Source of the DNA: an uncultured Acidobacteriota bacterium
Lineage (GTDB): Bacteria > Acidobacteriota > Vicinamibacteria > Vicinamibacterales > CAVVIG01
Length of the DNA stretch: 64,000 nucleotides
Assembly: GCA_963837345.1 (NCBI GenBank)
Contig: CAWIMX010000001.1
Location: 451,823 to 515,822, forward strand
Direction: 5' to 3'
In this document: piece after piece, positions 38,968 to 49,249 of the stretch
Layout of the letters: the number at the start of each line of letters is the position of its first letter
How positions within the stretch are numbered: the stretch's first letter is position 1
Program-made: the position numbers and the translations under genes
The notes under the pieces: generated by a model
The model's input: the letters and a program-made list of their open reading frames with translations, nothing else
The model's database searches: none
What the model was told of the DNA's origin: nothing

Positions 38968-41568
38968 CTAGGCGCCCGAGCCGCCCGATCGATCGGCCCC
39001 CCCGGGTCGACCCGGTCCTGCCGGCCGGCCCGGAGCCGGACGGCGCGAGGGACCCGGGCGCGAGGAGGGGCCGCCAGGCCGCGGAATTCCGCCGGCCTTC
39101 TGCAGGACATAGCGGCACGCGCGGTCGAAGCGATCGGCCAGGGGGCGGCGAATCTCGTCGGGTACGAGACCGATGCGCGCCCATGAGGCCTGCGCCTGCC
39201 GAACGTCTTCGGCCGCCGCCCGCCAGCGACTGCCTTCATCGACCTTCCCGCCGATCGTGTTCGACGCGAGCGTCTCCTTGAGGCGGAGCGCCAGTCGCTC
39301 GGCCGGCGAGAGCGCCGGATCGTCTGCGGGGCCGGCGCCGCCGGGCGAGGCGGCGAGGCTTTCGACGCGGCGACAGAGGTCCTCGAGCCGCCGCCGTCGA
39401 GCGTCCGGGTCGAGATCGGTTCCGCTGATGGCTGCGCGCCAGCGATCGGCGACGGCGGTCCAGGCCCCGGCGAACCGCCGATCGAGCGCGGTGGCGCGTT
39501 CGCGATCCGGACCGTGCAGCGGCGGCTCATTGTGCCAGCGGGTCTCGAGGGCGCGAAGCGTCGGCTGGAGATCGGCGGGCGGCTCGGTCGCGTCCCCTGC
39601 GATGAGGCCCTCGAGCTGCTGGCAGATCGCTTCGCGGGCCGAGAGGCGCTCGGCCGCCGCGGCGTCGCGACGCTGGTGGTCGTGGGCGAAGATCGCGTCG
39701 CAGGCGGCGCGGAAGCGCAGCCAGATGGCCTCCGACCGGCTCTTCTTCACCGGACCGATCGTCTTCCACTCGGCCTGCAGCGCCCTGACGGCGGCCACCG
39801 CCGCGTCGCGGTCGTCCGAGACGGCGAGGGCCTCGGCCTTGGCGCAGAGGGCGTCCTTCCGTGCGAGATTCTCGGCCCACACGGCTTTCCGCTGCTTGAG
39901 GTCTTCGTTGCGACGCGTGAAGAACCAATCGCAGGCCGAGCGGAAGCGGTCCCAGACGGCCTTTTCCTGACCGCGCGAAGCGGGGCCGATCGCCTTCCAT
40001 TCCGCCTGCAGGTGCTTGATCTCGTCGGCGGTCTGGAGCCAGCTGGTCGACTCGGCGAGCGCCTCGACGCGCTCGCAGAGAGCGATCTTCTTCTGGAGGT
40101 GCTCCGCGCGCACCGCCGCCTGGCCGGCGAGAAAGGCTTCGCAGCGGGGCCACAGGCGATCATGCGCGGCCTTGAAACGCCGCCAGAGCGCGTCGGCCTG
40201 GGCGCGCGGCACGTCGGCCGCCGCCCGCCACTGCTGCTGCAGGTCGCGAATCGTGGACAGCAGGGCCTCGGGATCGCCTTCCGACTCGAGCGCCTCCATC
40301 CGGGCGCAGAGCTGCTCCTGGACGCCGGCATTGACGAACCGCTGCCAATCGGCGGCTTCGCGCAGCTCCAGCGCGCGCGGCGACAACGCTGCGTCGGTGG
40401 CCTCGAGCCGCCTGGCGATCTCGTCGTGGTCGTCCCGGGAGGGCAGCGGCGGCAGGTCGGCCAGGGCGGCGCGCAGATCGCGCAGCGCCCGTTCGGCCGC
40501 TTTCAACGTGAGATCCGGCCGGGCGGCGAGCGCCTCGACCCGCGCGGCGAGATTGCGAAGTCGCGCGAGCGCGTCGCGCCGGGCGCGCGCGTCCGCGGCG
40601 GCCTGCTCCTGCGCGCGAACCGCCTCTTCCGCAGCCCGGGCCCGGGCCGCGTCCTGCTCGCGCACACGCGCCTCGGCTTCGGCGGCCAGCCGGGCCGCGT
40701 GGGCCTCCTCGTCTCGCGCGATCGCGGCCGGGGAGGGCTCGGCGGCGATGATCGGAGCGGGGTGGCTCGCGGCTTCCGCGTCGCGGGCGCGCGCGGCGGC
40801 TTCCGCGGCGCGGGCTTCGGCCTCGGCCGCACGCGCCCGGGCGGCCTCGACCTCGGCCAGCTGGCGCGCCTCGGCGGCACGCGCCGCGGCGTCGGCCCGC
40901 TCGGCGGCCTCGCGCTCGTCGAGCTCGCGCAGCGCCGAACGCGCGCGCTTGGCCGCGCTCTTGTTCGTCGCACGCGCCGCCACCAGATCGAGATCGGCGC
41001 GGTCGCTCAACCGTTCGAGCGCGGCGAGCGCCGAGTCGCGGAAGTCGCTGTTCATGGCCACGGCGAGCACTTCGTCGTGATCCGCGAGCCGATCGAGCGC
41101 GGCGCGCCGGCTCGCGTCGAGCGCCGCATGGCGCGCCACCGACCCGAGCGCCCGCGCATCGTCGATCCGGGCAAGCGCGGCGAGCGCTGTGCTCTCGCGA
41201 AGCGCGCCCTTGGCCACCTGGACCAGCGCCTTCGCATCCGTCAGCCCCTCGACGGCAGCCAGGCTGTCGGCTTCCTCCACGCCTTCGAACGCCTCGAGCG
41301 CGATGTCGCGGAGCATGGCCGACGCCTGCGCGCGCACGCCCTCGTCGCCCTCGGCGCGCGCGATCGCCACCAGCGCCGCCGGATCCATGAGCTTGCTCAC
41401 GGCGGCCCGGCGCACCCGGGGATCCTCGTCGTCTCGGGCGACTTCGGCGATGATCGCGCGCTCGTCGAGGGGCACTTCCTCGATGTACGCGAGCCGGACG
41501 GCCGGATCGGGATGTTTATGCGGGGTGGTCGTGCGAAAGCGATCGAGCAACGTCATGGCGTGGAACAC
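38968..41568 (-). CDS. DUF349-repeat protein with an N-terminal HEAT-like region and a central Ala/Glu/Arg coiled coil
   Basis: Repeated W..F..A.D.F blocks (LWRRFKAAHDRLW, VWDRFRSACDWFF, IWLRFRAACDAIF). HEAT-like DPRVRRAAVSKL. The start could be 41568 or 41556. Confidence 0.85.
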   Translation of the reverse strand: MFHAMTLLDRFRTTTPHKHPDPAVRLAYIEEVPLDERAIIAEVARDDEDPRVRRAAVSKLMDPAALVAIARAEGDEGVRAQASAMLRDIALEAFEGVEEADSLAAVEGLTDAKALVQVAKGALRESTALAALARIDDARALGSVARHAALDASRRAALDRLADHDEVLAVAMNSDFRDSALAALERLSDRADLDLVAARATNKSAAKRARSALRELDEREAAERADAAARAAEARQLAEVEAARARAAEAEARAAEAAARARDAEAASHPAPIIAAEPSPAAIARDEEAHAARLAAEAEARVREQDAARARAAEEAVRAQEQAAADARARRDALARLRNLAARVEALAARPDLTLKAAERALRDLRAALADLPPLPSRDDHDEIARRLEATDAALSPRALELREAADWQRFVNAGVQEQLCARMEALESEGDPEALLSTIRDLQQQWRAAADVPRAQADALWRRFKAAHDRLWPRCEAFLAGQAAVRAEHLQKKIALCERVEALAESTSWLQTADEIKHLQAEWKAIGPASRGQEKAVWDRFRSACDWFFTRRNEDLKQRKAVWAENLARKDALCAKAEALAVSDDRDAAVAAVRALQAEWKTIGPVKKSRSEAIWLRFRAACDAIFAHDHQRRDAAAAERLSAREAICQQLEGLIAGDATEPPADLQPTLRALETRWHNEPPLHGPDRERATALDRRFAGAWTAVADRWRAAISGTDLDPDARRRRLEDLCRRVESLAASPGGAGPADDPALSPAERLALRLKETLASNTIGGKVDEGSRWRAAAEDVRQAQASWARIGLVPDEIRRPLADRFDRACRYVLQKAGGIPRPGGPSSRPGPSRRPAPGRPAGPGRPGGADRSGGSGA

Positions 41569-42091
41569 CCAGTTCGGCCAGCCGGGCCGCGACGGCCTGG
41601 CCCGAGGTTGCCGGCGTTACCTGGCGATCGACGGCGAGAATGCGCCCGTCGGCGCCGATGTAGAACGTCCATCGCGCCGCAAACCCTGATGGTCGTAAGA
41701 CGCCGTACGCGCGTGCCACGGTGCCATCCGGATCGCTCAGGATCGGGAAGGGGACGCCAAGCTCGCGGGCAAACCTGGCGTTCACATCGGGCCGATCCAC
41801 GCTGGCGGCCACGTATCTTACGTTGAACCGCTCGACTTCGGCCGCGTTCACCATCAGGGATTTGCACTGCGCGGTGCATCCTCCGGTGAACGCCTTCGGA
41901 AACCATGCGAGGACAATGGCTTGCCGTCGATCCAAAAAATCGGCCAGCGTGTAAATTTCTCCGTCCGAGCCCATCAGCGCAAACGGCGGCGCCTGGTCGC
42001 CCGCCCCGAGGGTCACCCCCGCAGGGCCGCGCGGCGACAGGACGCTGCGTGCGAGACCGACGGCCACGGCCCGAATCGTCGTGAGAATCAT
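41516..42091 (-). CDS. Peroxiredoxin (AhpC/TSA, Bcp-like)
   Basis: AIVLAWFPKAFTGGCTAQC...FPILSDPDGTVARAYGV. Only the last 191 aa of the 565-aa ORF are credible. Confidence 0.85.
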   Translation of the reverse strand: MILTTIRAVAVGLARSVLSPRGPAGVTLGAGDQAPPFALMGSDGEIYTLADFLDRRQAIVLAWFPKAFTGGCTAQCKSLMVNAAEVERFNVRYVAASVDRPDVNARFARELGVPFPILSDPDGTVARAYGVLRPSGFAARWTFYIGADGRILAVDRQVTPATSGQAVAARLAELGVPRHDVARSLSHDHPA

Positions 42092-42151
42092 CGATCCATC
42101 ACGCTGCCAGAATGCACGACGGAACGATTGTCGCACCCTTACACTGTCGGT

Positions 42152-42796
42152 TTGACGTCCTTCGACGATTTCGTCTCCCGGCTGGAACACGCGCTGACGG
42201 GTACGCTGCCGGGCAGCGCCGCGCATCTCCTCATGCAGCCGCACCCGCGTCGCGCGACGGCGGGCGCGAGGCTCGCGGCGCTCCGCGATGCCGCCGGGCT
42301 CGTGCTCCTGATCCCCGTGGGAGGCCTGCCGCATCTGGTGCTGACGCTCCGCCATCTCGCGCTCGGCCGTCACGCCGGCCAGATATCGTTCCCGGGCGGC
42401 GTGGTCGACCCGGGCGAGACGCTCGAAGGCGCTGCAATTCGGGAGGCCGGGGAGGAGATCGGCCTGGCCCCCGCGGGCGTTCGAATCCTGGGACGCCTCA
42501 CGCCCGTCGACATCCTCGTCACGGGGTTCCGGCTGCACCCGGTCGTCGCCGCGCTGGCCGCGCGCCCGCGGCTGCGCGCCTCCGACGGCGAGGTCGAGCG
42601 GATTCTGGAGCTTCCCCTCTCCGCCCTGCTCGATCCGGCCGCCCTCGTCCGGACCGAGCGCCGGCGGGGCGACGTGCGGGTCGTGGCGCCGGCCTTCAGG
42701 GTGGGCGGAGAAGACATCTGGGGCGCGACGGCCATGGCGATTGCGGAGCTGCTGATCCTGGCGGGCTGGAAGCCGTTCGGGGGGCCTGATCGATGA
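42152..42796 (+). CDS. NUDIX hydrolase, CoA-pyrophosphatase-like
   Basis: Nudix box GGVVDPGETLEGAAIREAGEEIG. The start is uncertain; an in-frame TTG at 42152 is proposed. Confidence 0.7.
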   Translation: MTSFDDFVSRLEHALTGTLPGSAAHLLMQPHPRRATAGARLAALRDAAGLVLLIPVGGLPHLVLTLRHLALGRHAGQISFPGGVVDPGETLEGAAIREAGEEIGLAPAGVRILGRLTPVDILVTGFRLHPVVAALAARPRLRASDGEVERILELPLSALLDPAALVRTERRRGDVRVVAPAFRVGGEDIWGATAMAIAELLILAGWKPFGGPDR

Positions 42797-42874
42797 TCCG
42801 TGCACATCCTGCACGTTCGGCACGTCAATGTGCAGGTCATGGCGCAATACTCGGCCGATCAGGTGTCGAATTTT

Positions 42875-42906
42875 GCCGATTCTGCATGAAATCGGCGATA
42901 ATGCAG
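42875..42906. promoter_or_regulatory. Nested inverted repeats in the comparatively AT-rich leader of the GS-III gene
   Basis: GCCGATT(42875..42881)/AATCGGC(42890..42896) and CTGCAT(42882..42887)/ATGCAG(42901..42906). An ATGCGCAT palindrome lies slightly downstream. Confidence 0.25.
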
Positions 42907-42989
42907 ACCTTGGCGTTGGCGCGCTATCATGCGCATTCCTAGCGGAGTTCCGCACTTCAAGTTTCAGCTGACGCAAAAGGGGGGACGCG

Positions 42990-45164
<2,175 letters not shown>

Positions 45165-45182
45165 TCGACCGCTCGATCGAAC

Positions 45183-45210
45183 GGGCGCAGGCGCGCGAAG
45201 GCCTGCGCCC
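45183..45210 (+). terminator. GC-rich hairpin after the GS-III gene
   Basis: GGGCGCAGGC-GCGCGAAG-GCCTGCGCCC, a perfect 10-bp stem 19 nt after the stop. No clear U-tract follows. Confidence 0.45.
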
Positions 45211-45317
45211 GGTTCCCCAGTTCCTCAGTGCCCCCGCCTCCCCTATACTTGTGCGCATGGGTGTCAGTCTGTCCCCGAGACCGTGCGCGGTCTCCTGCCG
45301 GCTCGACGGGCGGTAAG

Positions 45318-47750
45318 TTGGCGAAACGGGCCGGGAGGGCGCGAACCCTCTTCGACAACCTGGACGCGGTCGAGAGCGGGACGGCCGGCGCGGCCCCTCC
45401 CGGCGGAGGCGGGCCGGGCATCACCGAGGCCGTCGCCCTGCACGAGGCGGCCCAGGCGCGCTATCTCAATTACGCGCTGTCGGTGATTACGGCGCGGGCC
45501 CTGCCCGACGTCCGCGACGGACTGAAACCTGTCCAGCGCCGCATCCTGTACACGATGTGGCAACAGAACCTCACGGCCGACGCCAAACACCGGAAGTGCG
45601 CGAAGGTGGTTGGCGACGTGATGGGGAGCTTCCATCCGCACGGCGACGCCGCACTTTATGAAACGCTCGTGCGGATGGCGCAGCCCTTTTCGCTCCGCTA
45701 CCCCCTCGTCGACGGATCGGGCAATTTCGGATCGCTCGACGGCGACAGCGCGGCGGCGATGCGCTACACCGAGTGCCGGCTGGCGCGCGTGAGCGATGAG
45801 CTGCTCACCGAGATCGAGCAGCAGACGGTGCCGTTCCGCCCCAACTACGACGGCACGAAGACCGAGCCTGTCGTGCTGCCGGCGCGCATTCCCAACCTGC
45901 TCGCGAACGGCGCCACCGGCATCGCGGTGGGCATGGCCACCAACGTCCCGCCGCACAATCTGGGCGAGGTGTGCAGCGCCCTGATCAAGCTGCTCGACAA
46001 CGAGGACCTGGGCAACACCGCGCTCTGCCGGGTGATCAAGGGGCCCGACTTCCCCACCGGAGGCCAGATCCTGAACACGTCGGAGGAGCTGCGCGAGATC
46101 TACAAGACCGGCTCGGGCTCGATCCGGCTGCGCGGCACCTGGGACATCGGTCCGGAGACGCGCTCGACCAGGACGATCTACATCGAGAGCATCCCGTACA
46201 CGGTGAACAAGGCCCAGCTCGTCGAGCGCATCGCCGACGTCGTGCTCGGCCGGAAGCTGCCGCAGCTGCTCGACGTCAAGGATCTGTCGACCGAAGACGT
46301 GCGGATCGCCCTCGAGCTGAAGAAGGACGCCGACGAGAAGATGGTGATGGCGTATCTGTTCAAGCACACGCCCCTCCAGATCAACGTCCCGGTGAACCTC
46401 ACGTGCCTGATTCCCACCGAGCAGCCCGACGTGGGCCGGCCCGAGCGCCTCGACCTGAAGTCGATCCTGTGGCACTTTCTGCACTTCCGGCTCGACGTGG
46501 TGACCCGCCGGCTCGAGCACGAGCTCGCGGCGCTCAAGACGCGGATCCACATCCTCGACGGGTTTGCCGCCGTCTTCGACGCGCTGGACGAGATCATCCG
46601 CATCATCCGGAGATCCGATGGCAAGGCGGACGCGGCGGAGACCATCATGAAGCGGTTCTCGCTGGACGCCGAACAGACCGACGCGATCCTCGAGCTGAAG
46701 ATCTACCGGCTGGCCCGCCTGGAGATCCTCGTAATTCGCAAGGAGCTGGAGGACAAGCGGAAGCGCGCACGCCAGATCGGCTCGCTCCTCAAGGACGAGG
46801 CCAGCCGATGGACCCTCGTGCGCAACGAGCTGGAGGACATCCTGAAGACGTACGCCGATCGCAAGATTGACGCGCGGCGGACGCTCATCGCCAGCGACAG
46901 CGAGGAGCCCGAGTACACGGCCGACGACTTCATCGTCGATGAAGACAACGTGGTGATCGTGTCGCGCGACGGCTGGGTGAAGCGGCAGAAAGACGTGAAG
47001 GATCTGTCGACGACGCGCCTGCGCGAAGGCGACGCCGTGCTGGCCGCCTTCGCGGGCAGCACGCGGGCGACCTGTGCCTTCTTCTCGAACTTCGGCGTCG
47101 CCTACACGTGCCGCTTCATCGACGTCCCGGCATCGACCGGCTACGGGGAGCCGATCCAGAAGCAGTTCAAGCTGAAGGACGGCGAGAAGATCGTAGCGGC
47201 CCTGAGCCTCGATCCGCGCGCCACGGGCGAAATCGCGCCGCCGGCGAAGCATCCCGAGGCCCCGCCGCCGGCCCACGCGGTGGCCGTCACGAGCGACGGA
47301 TACAGCCTGCGGTTCGGTCTGGGCGGCTTCGTCGAGCCGAGCACCCGCGCCGGCCGCCGCTTCGCGCGGCCGGCCGGTGGCGCGGAAGTCGTGGGCGTGG
47401 CGCGCATCGTGGGCGACGAGACGCTGATCGCGGCCACTGCGGAAGGCCGCGGCCTGCTCTGCCGCGCCGACGAGGTGAACTTTCTCTCCGGTCCGGGCCG
47501 CGGCGTCATCCTGATCAAGCTCGCCAAGAACGACCGCGTGCTCGGGTTCATCGCGTCCGTCGGCGACCGCGATCTGCTCACCGTCGAAACCAGCCGCGGT
47601 GCCGAGCAGACCATCAGCACGGCGAAGTACGAGGTGAGCGGACGCGGAGGCAAGGGGCGCGAACTGCTGCAGCGCGGGCAGTTCGTCAGAGTGCTCTGGC
47701 CCGCGCCCGAGGCGCCGGCGCCTCTGGGCGGCGGCGGGGGCGAGTCGTAG
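45318..47750 (+). CDS. Type IIA topoisomerase subunit A (GyrA/ParC family; ParC-like because no GyrA-box at the canonical position)
   Basis: [57 protein letters not shown]. Start proposed at the TTG at 45318; the ORF opens at 45228. Confidence 0.88.
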   Translation: MAKRAGRARTLFDNLDAVESGTAGAAPPGGGGPGITEAVALHEAAQARYLNYALSVITARALPDVRDGLKPVQRRILYTMWQQNLTADAKHRKCAKVVGDVMGSFHPHGDAALYETLVRMAQPFSLRYPLVDGSGNFGSLDGDSAAAMRYTECRLARVSDELLTEIEQQTVPFRPNYDGTKTEPVVLPARIPNLLANGATGIAVGMATNVPPHNLGEVCSALIKLLDNEDLGNTALCRVIKGPDFPTGGQILNTSEELREIYKTGSGSIRLRGTWDIGPETRSTRTIYIESIPYTVNKAQLVERIADVVLGRKLPQLLDVKDLSTEDVRIALELKKDADEKMVMAYLFKHTPLQINVPVNLTCLIPTEQPDVGRPERLDLKSILWHFLHFRLDVVTRRLEHELAALKTRIHILDGFAAVFDALDEIIRIIRRSDGKADAAETIMKRFSLDAEQTDAILELKIYRLARLEILVIRKELEDKRKRARQIGSLLKDEASRWTLVRNELEDILKTYADRKIDARRTLIASDSEEPEYTADDFIVDEDNVVIVSRDGWVKRQKDVKDLSTTRLREGDAVLAAFAGSTRATCAFFSNFGVAYTCRFIDVPASTGYGEPIQKQFKLKDGEKIVAALSLDPRATGEIAPPAKHPEAPPPAHAVAVTSDGYSLRFGLGGFVEPSTRAGRRFARPAGGAEVVGVARIVGDETLIAATAEGRGLLCRADEVNFLSGPGRGVILIKLAKNDRVLGFIASVGDRDLLTVETSRGAEQTISTAKYEVSGRGGKGRELLQRGQFVRVLWPAPEAPAPLGGGGGES

Positions 47751-47821
47751 GCGCGCCCGGCCGCGGCTCGGTGGTGACTTTCCCCTTCGGCTAGTACAAT
47801 GACTGCGAAAGGACATCGCTT

Positions 47822-49249
47822 TTGGCACAAGATCGCCTCAATATCGCGGTATTCGTCGACTTCGACAACATCGAGATTGGCGTCCGCACTACGCTCCATG
47901 AGCATTTCGACGTCGGGACGGTCCTGGAAGCCATCAAGGAACGCGGCGAGGTCGTCACGAAGATCGCCTACGCCGACTGGACCCGCGCAGGGGAATACAG
48001 CCGCACGCTCACGCAGCACGCCATCCGCCTCGTTCAGCGCAATCTGACCCCGGGCGGCGACAAGAACGGCGCCGACATCAATCTGGCGCTCGACGCGCTC
48101 GAGATGGTGTTTACGCACCCGCACATCAACGCGTTCGTGATCGTCGGCGGCGACAGCGACTTTCTGTCGCTCGTCGAGAAGCTGAAGCAGTACGACAAGA
48201 AGGTGTTCGTCGTCGGGGGCCGCCAGTTCACGAGCGTCATCCTGCAGCGCAACTGCTACGAATTCGTGGCCTACGAGAATCTGCTCAGGCCGCGGCGCTC
48301 GCATGGGCCCGGCAAGGACGCCCGGCCGGTCCAGGCGGCTGCCTCGGCGCCGCTCGCCCAGGTGGTGCCGCTCGTGCGGCGCGCGCTCAAGATCCTGGCG
48401 GATCGGGAAGTCACGCCGCAGACGGGCCTGCTGAAGAGCACGCTGCTGCAGCTCGACTCGACCTTCTCCGAGCGCAGCTACGGAGCCTCGTCGTTCCTGG
48501 ACTTCGCCGAGAAGCTCGCCAAGACGGGCGTCGTGAACCTGAAGCACACGGGCCGGAGTGTGACGGTCGAGCTGAACGAAGCGTTCGACGAGAACGAGTC
48601 GCCGGCCGAGCCGGTTGCAGAGGCTCCCGCCGTGGCCGCGCCGGAGGGAGGGCAGAGCCGCCCGCCGGTCGAAGCCACCGAATCCCAGGCGGACGGCGTC
48701 CGCGTGGTAGGCGAAATTCTCGCCGCGGCCACCAGCGCGCGTTGGCCGATGTACGTGCGAAACCTGAAGCAGATCCTGAGGCAGGCCGACGGCGGCTTCG
48801 ACGAGCGCCGGTACGGATTCGGCGGCTTGATGGACCTCGTGCGTGCCTGCCAGCGCGAGAATCTCGTTCGCGTCGAGCGCGACCGCCGCGGCGGTCTGCG
48901 TGTGTTCCCCGGCGCGTCGCTTCCGCGACCGAACGCTCCCGCTTCCGCGATGGCGGCTCCGCCCCAGGGCGAGTCCGGGGCACCGCGGGACCAGGCAGCC
49001 GCCTCGCCAGGCGACACGATGGCCGCCGTGGAAGGGGATGTGGACGTGCTGGACGCGCTGCCCCGACCGGATCTCGTGGACACGACGGCGGAGCTTCTGG
49101 GTCGCGCCAAGCCGCGGGCGCGCCGGGCGCGCGCCACGCCGGCGGCGCCGCGAAAGGCGCCGCGGCCGCGCAAAGCCGCCGCCAAACGGCCATCGGCGCG
49201 AGCCAAGAAGGCGCAGCCCCCCGCCGAAGACGCGGATGGGAACCGCTAG
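47822..49249 (+). CDS. NYN-domain (LabA-like) protein with two OST-HTH/LOTUS-like domains and a basic tail
   Basis: IAVFVDFDNI...VIVGGDSDFLSLVEKLK (NYN). Two ~70-aa repeats with ...FSERSYGASSFLDFAEKL... and ...FDERRYGFGGLMDLVRAC.... Tail RAKPRARRARATPAAPRKAPRPRKAAAKRPSARAKKA. TTG start with an AAAGGA SD. Confidence 0.85.
   Translation: MAQDRLNIAVFVDFDNIEIGVRTTLHEHFDVGTVLEAIKERGEVVTKIAYADWTRAGEYSRTLTQHAIRLVQRNLTPGGDKNGADINLALDALEMVFTHPHINAFVIVGGDSDFLSLVEKLKQYDKKVFVVGGRQFTSVILQRNCYEFVAYENLLRPRRSHGPGKDARPVQAAASAPLAQVVPLVRRALKILADREVTPQTGLLKSTLLQLDSTFSERSYGASSFLDFAEKLAKTGVVNLKHTGRSVTVELNEAFDENESPAEPVAEAPAVAAPEGGQSRPPVEATESQADGVRVVGEILAAATSARWPMYVRNLKQILRQADGGFDERRYGFGGLMDLVRACQRENLVRVERDRRGGLRVFPGASLPRPNAPASAMAAPPQGESGAPRDQAAASPGDTMAAVEGDVDVLDALPRPDLVDTTAELLGRAKPRARRARATPAAPRKAPRPRKAAAKRPSARAKKAQPPAEDADGNR

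Noticed and set aside
42905-42930. Possible sigma-54 promoter (TGGCGTTGGCGCGCT / TGGCGCGCTATCATGC) upstream of the GS-III gene, and a TGGCAC-N8-TGGCAC string at about 23355..23375 upstream of the BON gene.
   Set aside because: The GG-to-GC spacing is off by one relative to the TGGCAC-N5-TTGC consensus in each case, and the -12 element is poor. Not supportable from the sequence alone.
47590-47650. A GRGGKG string near the C-terminus of the topoisomerase A subunit as a displaced GyrA-box.
   Set aside because: Similar G-R-G-x-x-G turns occur in ordinary beta-pinwheel blades of GyrA/ParC C-terminal domains. The canonical position after the first blade lacks QRRGGKG, so I only call the protein ParC-like.
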